NCBI GenBank assembly: GCA_043798995.1
Contig: JAZDOD010000004.1
Coordinates: 1 to 45,859, forward strand
Origin: a bacterium
GTDB lineage: Bacteria; Patescibacteriota; Patescibacteriia; JAACEG01; JAGUWE01
Reading direction: 5' to 3'
Length of the DNA: 45,859 nt
Every line of letters begins with the position of its first letter. Positions within the stretch are counted from its first letter, which is position 1. The notes beneath the pieces are model-generated. The model had not been told where the DNA came from. It worked only from the letters and a program-made list of their open reading frames with translations, and did not search any database. The translations under genes and the position numbers were made by a program. Shown one piece after another: positions 44,934-45,859 of the stretch.

Positions 44934-45614
44934 TTATTTTTCAACATAATTTTTAAAACATTTCACCAAAGCCAGATTTCTTTCATAATCCATTCTCATC
45001 GGACCAATTAAGCCCAGCAATGTTTTGTTGTTTGCCATGGTTAAAATGCTGGCAAGATAAGGGCTGAACGGATTAGTGTGGCCAATTGAAATTTCAATCT
45101 GGCTGCCTAGCTGATTATATAATTTAGCGATAATTTCGTCCAGATTATCAATCATACGGGAAAAATTTCTGACTAAATCAAATTCGCTAAATTCCGGCTG
45201 GGAAAATAAATTAAAAACACCCGTATAATAGGTATTATTTTTAGAAAAACTAATCACAATTGTTTGGCCTGATAATTGCGCGGCACTTTTAGCAACATTC
45301 TTGTAAACTTCCTCTTTATTTTTAGCAGATTCAATCCGTCTTATACTTTTCTCAAATTCTGCCGATAAATCTTTTTCTGATAAAAAATTATCCAAATAAA
45401 ACTGATAGCCCTTTTCGGTGGGAATACGGCCGGCTGAAGTATGGGGCTGATAAATATAGCCCCCGTCTTCCAATTTAGCCATTTCGTTTCTGACAGTGGC
45501 TGAGGAAAGATTACCGCCAAGTTTTCTAATCAAAAATTCAGAACCGATTGGTTGGGCTGATCTGACATAACTTCTGACTATTTCTTTTAAAATTTTTTGA
45601 TGCCGTTCAGTCAT
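44934..45614 (-). CDS. hrcA: Heat-inducible transcription repressor HrcA (short form)
   Basis: SSATVRNEM, QPHTSAGRIPT.KGY, IGPMRMDY; start ATG 45614. Confidence 0.95.
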   Translation of the reverse strand: MTERHQKILKEIVRSYVRSAQPIGSEFLIRKLGGNLSSATVRNEMAKLEDGGYIYQPHTSAGRIPTEKGYQFYLDNFLSEKDLSAEFEKSIRRIESAKNKEEVYKNVAKSAAQLSGQTIVISFSKNNTYYTGVFNLFSQPEFSEFDLVRNFSRMIDNLDEIIAKLYNQLGSQIEISIGHTNPFSPYLASILTMANNKTLLGLIGPMRMDYERNLALVKCFKNYVEK

Positions 45615-45629
45615 AGAATTTATCATTTT

Positions 45630-45668
45630 GTCATTGCGAGTTCCGCCAAGGCGGGACGCGGCAATCTC
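45630..45668. repeat. Half copy of the GTCATTGCGAG REP-like element in the hrcA leader
   Basis: GTCATTGCGAG-TTCCGCC-AA-GGCGGGA-CGCGGCAATCTC. Confidence 0.75.
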
Positions 45669-45704
45669 AATTGTTGAGTTATTCAATAATTTCATTTTAC
45701 CTAA

Positions 45705-45731
45705 TTAGCACTCACCTGTCAAGAGTGCTAA
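45705..45731. promoter_or_regulatory. CIRCE operator
   Basis: Perfect TTAGCACTC-N9-GAGTGCTAA upstream of hrcA. Confidence 0.97.
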
Positions 45732-45735
45732 TTAA

Positions 45736-45764
45736 ATAATAGAAAATAAAAAAATAACTGTCAA
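45736..45764 (-). promoter_or_regulatory. Sigma70 promoter of the hrcA operon
   Basis: TTGACA-17-TATTAT immediately upstream of CIRCE. Confidence 0.8.
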
Positions 45765-45792
45765 GCAACAGTCTAATAAACAATGTTTAAAT

Positions 45793-45858
45793 TTATAATT
45801 TCTTAAACTCTTCTAATGCTTTTTGACCAATAGTGTGGCGATACGGATGAAGCGTTTT
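45793..45858 (-). CDS. C-terminal end of an unidentified gene (partial)
   Basis: Open frame ...KTLHPYRHTIGQKALEEFKKL* at the window edge. Confidence 0.4.
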   Translation of the reverse strand, partial: KTLHPYRHTIGQKALEEFKKL

Positions 45859-45859
45859 T

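Noticed and set aside
185-45614. Alternative genetic code (TGA recoding as in Gracilibacteria/SR1)
   Set aside because: Conserved genes are full length under the standard code, use TGG for Trp, and dnaX and cysS end in TGA.

Overview
AT-rich bacterial chromosomal window using the standard code, mostly on the minus strand. Gene content points to a Patescibacteria/CPR (Parcubacteria-like) organism: two VirD4/TraG-like ATPases, a short EF-Ts, SD-less core genes and a LexA-methyltransferase fusion. The taxonomy is inferred, not searched. Core genes: pyrH-tsf-rpsB, rpmE-prfA-prmC, rplY, dnaX, corA, dus, cysS, tRNA-Gln(CTG), and the CIRCE-controlled hrcA-grpE-hsp20-dnaK-dnaJ operon. The main unexplained structure is (1) a ~160-bp element on both sides of dnaK, with covarying stems, tandem G.A pairs and non-conserved loops of near-constant length (31-34 nt); (2) five orphan mini-operons sharing a sigma70 promoter, a boxA-like motif and a strong AGGAGG, one carrying pyrF/pyrE; (3) a defence hotspot next to tRNA-Gln, with a LexA-Dam fusion facing a GIY-YIG endonuclease and type I R-M scars, where an HsdR-like N-terminus starts a SET-domain gene; (4) several families of small palindromic or heptamer repeats, some inserted in frame in prmC and rpsB. 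All calls come from reading the sequence; no searches were run.
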